Source: Squalus acanthias
Taxonomy: Eukaryota
Assembly (NCBI GenBank): GCA_030390025.1
Contig: CM059433.1
Location: forward strand, 94,116,001-94,180,000
Reading direction: 5' to 3'
Length of the DNA stretch: 64,000 bases
The position numbers and the translations under genes were made by a program. Shown piece after piece: positions 59,071 to 64,000 of this stretch. The notes below the pieces were generated by a model. It saw only the letters and a list, made by a program, of their open reading frames with translations, did not search any database and was not told the DNA's origin. Positions within the stretch are counted from its first letter, which is position 1; each line of letters begins with the position of its first letter.

Positions 59071-60930
59071 ATTTTCTAAACCAACCAAATCTACGACAGC
59101 TGCCGATATAACTCATTTTCTTGTGGTCACCAAAATAACTGACACCATCGTTTTGTCACCAAATGTCGAGTTATACCAGCAAGTTCTCATTTACTTTTAA
59201 AATCTGGTAGAAATTGATCAAATCCAAATTGGCTACGGACAGCACATTGATTTTCTTTCGATTCCAATACTTTGTTCATTTGTCCTCAAATCTAGTGCCT
59301 AGTGAGGCTTTTATTAAAATCATGTTTCTTTGTAATTGGGACATGAATTGATCACATCGGTTTTACTTTTAATTATACAGGAAGCCCTCTTCCCACTCAA
59401 ACATACACATACAACTCAGAATAAGCCAACAGTTGTTAAATTTGACTAGGATACAAATGGAGATAATTATATCTATTTATTTGAGGGGGGAAATACTGTT
59501 CCATTTAAAAGCTTAACAAATAAAATCTTGGGGAAATATACTTACTGTATAAAACAGCAAAATGCCACTTCCCTTGTGACAGCTTAGAATAATTTGCATT
59601 TGCAGGAACATTAACATTCTCCATCTCACCTACAGATTTGAATTTCACTCTTACCTCTCCTCACTCTTGGTAGTGGGCAGTGCTTAGTGTATCACATTGT
59701 GAAGTGCATTCCTTGCTGTCCCAGTTTATTTAAAAACTTAACTTCCAAACCTTTACCTTTCCTCTGGGAGCTTATGCTCTGGGCCTTCCTTTCTGTTGCT
59801 GTTGAGAATTTCTCCTTTCCACTCTATTATTATGCTTGATTGGCTATATAGATATACTTCTGGTTTTGCTGCTCCGTTTTCAGTTTGTTTTCTAACCATA
59901 CAGTTCATAAAATTAAATGTCCAAAATTCAGCTGGCAGATCTGCATATGCATTGGGAGCCCTCTGGCCAGTTTGCTCAAGCATTAGGAGTTTGTAGTCTA
60001 ATTGGGAGTCAGCTGACTGGTTTGGTTGGCATATGCATTGGAAACACCTGTGAGGAATCAGCTGGTTGGCTTGTATGTGTGTTGGAAGCAGCAGGAGGCC
60101 TTCCAATGGTAGGAGACAGTAGCCAGTTTGTACATTCACTGACACCATGGCCATTCAGTATCCTGTGGGAATTGTAATCTCATTTGGGTTGCATATTGGA
60201 GTTCAACGGATGAACTCCAAATATGAGAATCAGCTGTCCAGGTCGGGTTTGTGAAGAATTTGGAAAGTGGGTGGGAAGCATATACAATGAGGCCAGGATG
60301 TTTAAAGGTCCAACAGAGAATAGCACATTGTTTAATCACACTGGGCAAGTTTACTATCTTGTAAATGTTAGTTCTGTGCTAAATTTTATTTTAGTATATA
60401 ATGAAGTAAGTTCAGAACTATCACAGTGGCTGCATCTTAGAGAATTCACTTTGCTGTCTTTGTATTGTATAAAATGTGTTGCTGCATGATGAACCAATTA
60501 TAAAGGCCAGCAAGAAAATAGAAAAGGTGCAAATTAGACAAAACGTAATGTCACATCAGCGAAGACAGATTCAACATACACATTTTAAAAATATTTAGTG
60601 TTAGTCTTTTATTGTGGTGACCTGGAGCTGAAATTTGTGTCTTTGTTCATTGCAGTAGAAAACTAGAAGTGAGTAGAAACTGGTATTCTACAACTTTTTA
60701 TTAAAATTAGCAAAGCCAGAAATTTTGGTTCATGGTGCATTTGATCACATCCTCATTCATTCTTGGGCTGAAGGTATATTGCACGATTGGCTTAAGACCA
60801 GTAGCTTTAGAGTGCAAAATGCAGCCAGCACATCTGTGTTGTATTTTGGGTTACAAATTTCATTTCCCCCCCCAACAAGTGCACTGTACATGCATGCATA
60901 CACTCACACCAAGCCCTGGTAAAATTTAAC

Positions 60931-61507
60931 GTGTCAATTTTCCTGACCTTTGTCTCTGGGGAACACCCATTCCCTGGGTGCAAAGATAAGGAAAAGGGGC
61001 CAGAAAACCCATTGCTTTGGTTCTCTGCCAGCTTTATGAGGTTGCAGGTTTTCCAAAGGAGTGTGTGGGAGGCAGAACATGGCCTGTGACTACAATAGGA
61101 AGAGCCATTTCTGGCTTCTTTCTCCTGGACTTATGATCGTGGGACACCTTATGAAGCTGGTTTTGGAACTTGCAGCAGGAACCCCCTTAAATTGGAGGGT
61201 TTGAGAGGGGCAGGTAACAAGCTAAAGAGGAACTCCAAAGTATGTTTAACATTAAAAAAAAACTTTCGTAGTGGATCTTCCGACCTTCTGGCTGTTGCTT
61301 TTTAGCAGTAGCCAGAAGACCCCAAGGATGGCCGTTTCCTGCTCTGGTTTCTGGCACTAGGCCCAGCCAGGGTGGAGAGGCCTACACAGGGAATGCTGAG
61401 ACTTAGCTTAGGGCAGGAAATTTAGATAGATGTGGGCCTGTACAGGCACATCACACTTTAGGTGGGTGCATTGGTCCTTCCCAATGCTGAGGCAGGAAAA
61501 TTGGACC
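60931..61507. mobile_element. Old Harbinger-like MITE
   Basis: Imperfect terminal inverted repeats gtgtcaattttcctgacct / gaggcaggaaaattggacc. Confidence 0.4.
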
Positions 61508-64000
61508 TGAATGTTTTCAGAATGTGAGCAGGAATGTCCACACACTTAACGTTAAAATACATTGTAGTAAGGCTAGAAAATGCTCAGAAGGTCCGATGGA
61601 CTGCCTGGCCAATTTTAAAACCTGGCTTCACACTTTACTGTAGTTATACTGCGGACAGTACTTGACTCCAGTTATGATGGCACTTTCCTGCCATTGAATG
61701 TCTGGATCTCCTTTGCATTGACATGAAAGTACCAGTATAATTGCACTCTTGTATGCCTTTAGTTTTAAACCTATTTTAAAACTTCAGAGCATGGTTGCTG
61801 TCAAATTTTGAATGCTACTTACTGGCGCATTTATTCAGAAATGAACAATTATAAGATCTACTTTTCCACTGTCTACCTACCTATATTTATAAAAAAACAC
61901 ACCTCTGTATTTAATGAAGTACACTGTTATTGCATTTAGTATCAGGCAGCATGAAGCTTTACAATCACAGCCACAATGAATAATTACAACTGCAAAGCGG
62001 TGAGTGGAGAATTGTGAAATTGCACTCTTGGAATAGTAAATAGCACCCAGATAATTAGACAATGGCATTGAAAGATTTTATTAACACAAGGAATATTTAT
62101 AAAAATAATGACTTTCTTTAGCATCAAACACAAACTTTATTTTACATCAATAGTCATAGGGATGGTACTGCATTGTAACAAGCCTTCAAAAATACAATTC
62201 ATCAAAAAGTGACTATATTTGTTAACACGCTGCACAAGTCACTATCAAAAATTGCTCAACTGTTCCTAGAAAACGCATTCACCGATATAGTGCAATCTAA
62301 TATAGACTAAAGATTCAACAGAAAGCTGCATTTTAAGTTTAAAAATGGTTAGAAAATCCACCTGGTGTGATAACTTATGTAATCTTTAACAGGAAGCGTT
62401 TCTTCCTTCTTCATTTTTCTTCACCTCTCTGCATCGTTTCTTCAGCTGGGAGGGTAAGAAAACAAGTTGCCAACCCCTTGTATGATTTCCAACAACCGTG
62501 CAAATTCATGGCTCGTCCAACCAAAAGCAGACGGACAGCAGGATGAGATGGGCAGAAGTCGTCTTTTCTGCTGAAATGCACCCTGTGGTCCTGTTAACAC
62601 GTGTCTCACTGATTCTCCTGCAGTGTGTCACTCACCTCAGGATGGTTTAGATCACAATGCTGTGAAGGAAATTTCTTAATTCTAATCGCTTTGCTACCAA
62701 ATTGCTCAGATGTATCAGAACTTTAAAGGAACTACCTAAAGCACAAGAAGAGTTTTGGAATTCTGACAAATAAAAGCCTACAAAGTCTAAATCGGCAGTA
62801 CAATGAGTCTTTTATTCATATTCCTTTTTTCCCCATTTTTTCTTTTGGTGTCTACTTCCCTGCAATATGAACATTACCTTCTTGGACATGAAAACACAAC
62901 AGTTCAGTGGATGCTGATTGGTGCCAAGCTGCAACGCCAATGCCAGTACTTGGTTAGCCCATATGCTCAAACAATCCAGAGGATATCTCTGACCATGCTA
63001 CCTCCCATCACCCGCCTCCCTGTTAGATTTCCTTCCCTTCATCTAATTAGGAAAAGCAAATCTGTGAATTTCCAAGTCAAATGTTCATTGGTCACATGTT
63101 GTTGTAGATAAGCAGGCACTACACAATACCAACACTATGAATGTAACTGCCGAAACTATCCTCTCCCTCCTTTTCAAATGAGTAATTTCACTGGTTCATA
63201 TAAAAGGCTGAATAAACAATAAAAAATATATGGTCAAAGATGCAACTTTGGATTGGTTTACTGTGTCCTTTTGAGAGGAAGGGGAACTACATAAATGACA
63301 ACATTTAAAATAAATCTTCAGATTTTATAGTTTTGAACATTCTAGGTTTCTTACGGGAGCCAGTTATGTGCCAGAATTAAAAATGTTTGCTCTTGCAGAC
63401 CTTTACCTTGGGGATTTACTTTTAAAAGAGCTCACTCCAAAAGCCTTCTTCAATGCAACAGAGATTTCACAAGGTTGGACAAATGAATAATATTTTCATA
63501 ACACTGCTCATGCTCCTAATAAAAAAGAAACATACAGCTTGTTCATTTCAACGCCACAGATTGCTAAAGCATTTGCAGCATTAAAATCAGCATCCCGTTG
63601 TATTGTAGATTGGTTATTCTTCCAGGCTACACACTTTAAGACTTGCACACATCTTGCAAAAGGGGGAGAAACACATTAAGTTGATAAAGTAAGTAAAATT
63701 AATGCTAATTATTTGTACAGATCCAGCATTATAAACAAGGTCTTTTTTTCTTAATGCGAATACCAGTCTAGGAAAATCGTAGCTGTCAACAATATAGTAT
63801 GTAGTACCTTGGCTTGGAGAACAGATTGTAGTCTAATACTCCACAATCTATATAGATTTCCAAAATACTGTACATTGCAGTAACATTTAAATAACGCATT
63901 ATTTTACAAAGTATTTCAAAACATGGAAACATGTTTTATGCAAAATGGACCCAGAAGACTGATTGAATATCCGTTTTGGTTACTCTCATTAAACGCAAGG

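Noticed and set aside
18819-59599. Perfect octamer sites ATGCAAAT/ATTTGCAT (18819, 22810, 53331, 59592) as POU autoregulation
   Set aside because: About this many are expected by chance in 64 kb of AT-rich DNA
62050-64000. Possible 3' UTR of the convergent neighbour FBXL4 (minus-strand AATAAA near 62078 and 62136)
   Set aside because: Suggested only by mammalian synteny; no FBXL4 coding exon is recognisable in the window

Overview
Vertebrate genomic DNA, very probably a cartilaginous fish, judged from shark-type CR1/L2 LINEs, SacSINE1-like DeuSINEs and Penelope-like elements. The only intact protein-coding gene is the intronless class III POU-homeobox gene POU3F2 (Brn-2) at 36827-37978 (+). 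It has a CCAAT/GC-rich promoter, a long AU-rich 3' UTR and TE-poor flanks containing enhancer-like blocks. The first 12 kb, 28-34 kb and 52-62 kb are rich in often nested retro- and DNA transposon fragments, including several Penelope-like copies with 13-14 bp target-site duplications (TSDs) and minimal hammerhead-ribozyme motifs. The most unusual observation is a ~2.1 kb decayed minus-strand reading frame at ~30000-32460, split by an RTE insertion. Its hand translation shows a colinear series of motifs resembling orthomyxovirus (influenza/isavirus-like) nucleoprotein, making it a candidate endogenous Articulavirales element ~4.4 kb upstream of POU3F2. This call rests on by-eye comparison with remembered sequences and needs a profile search.
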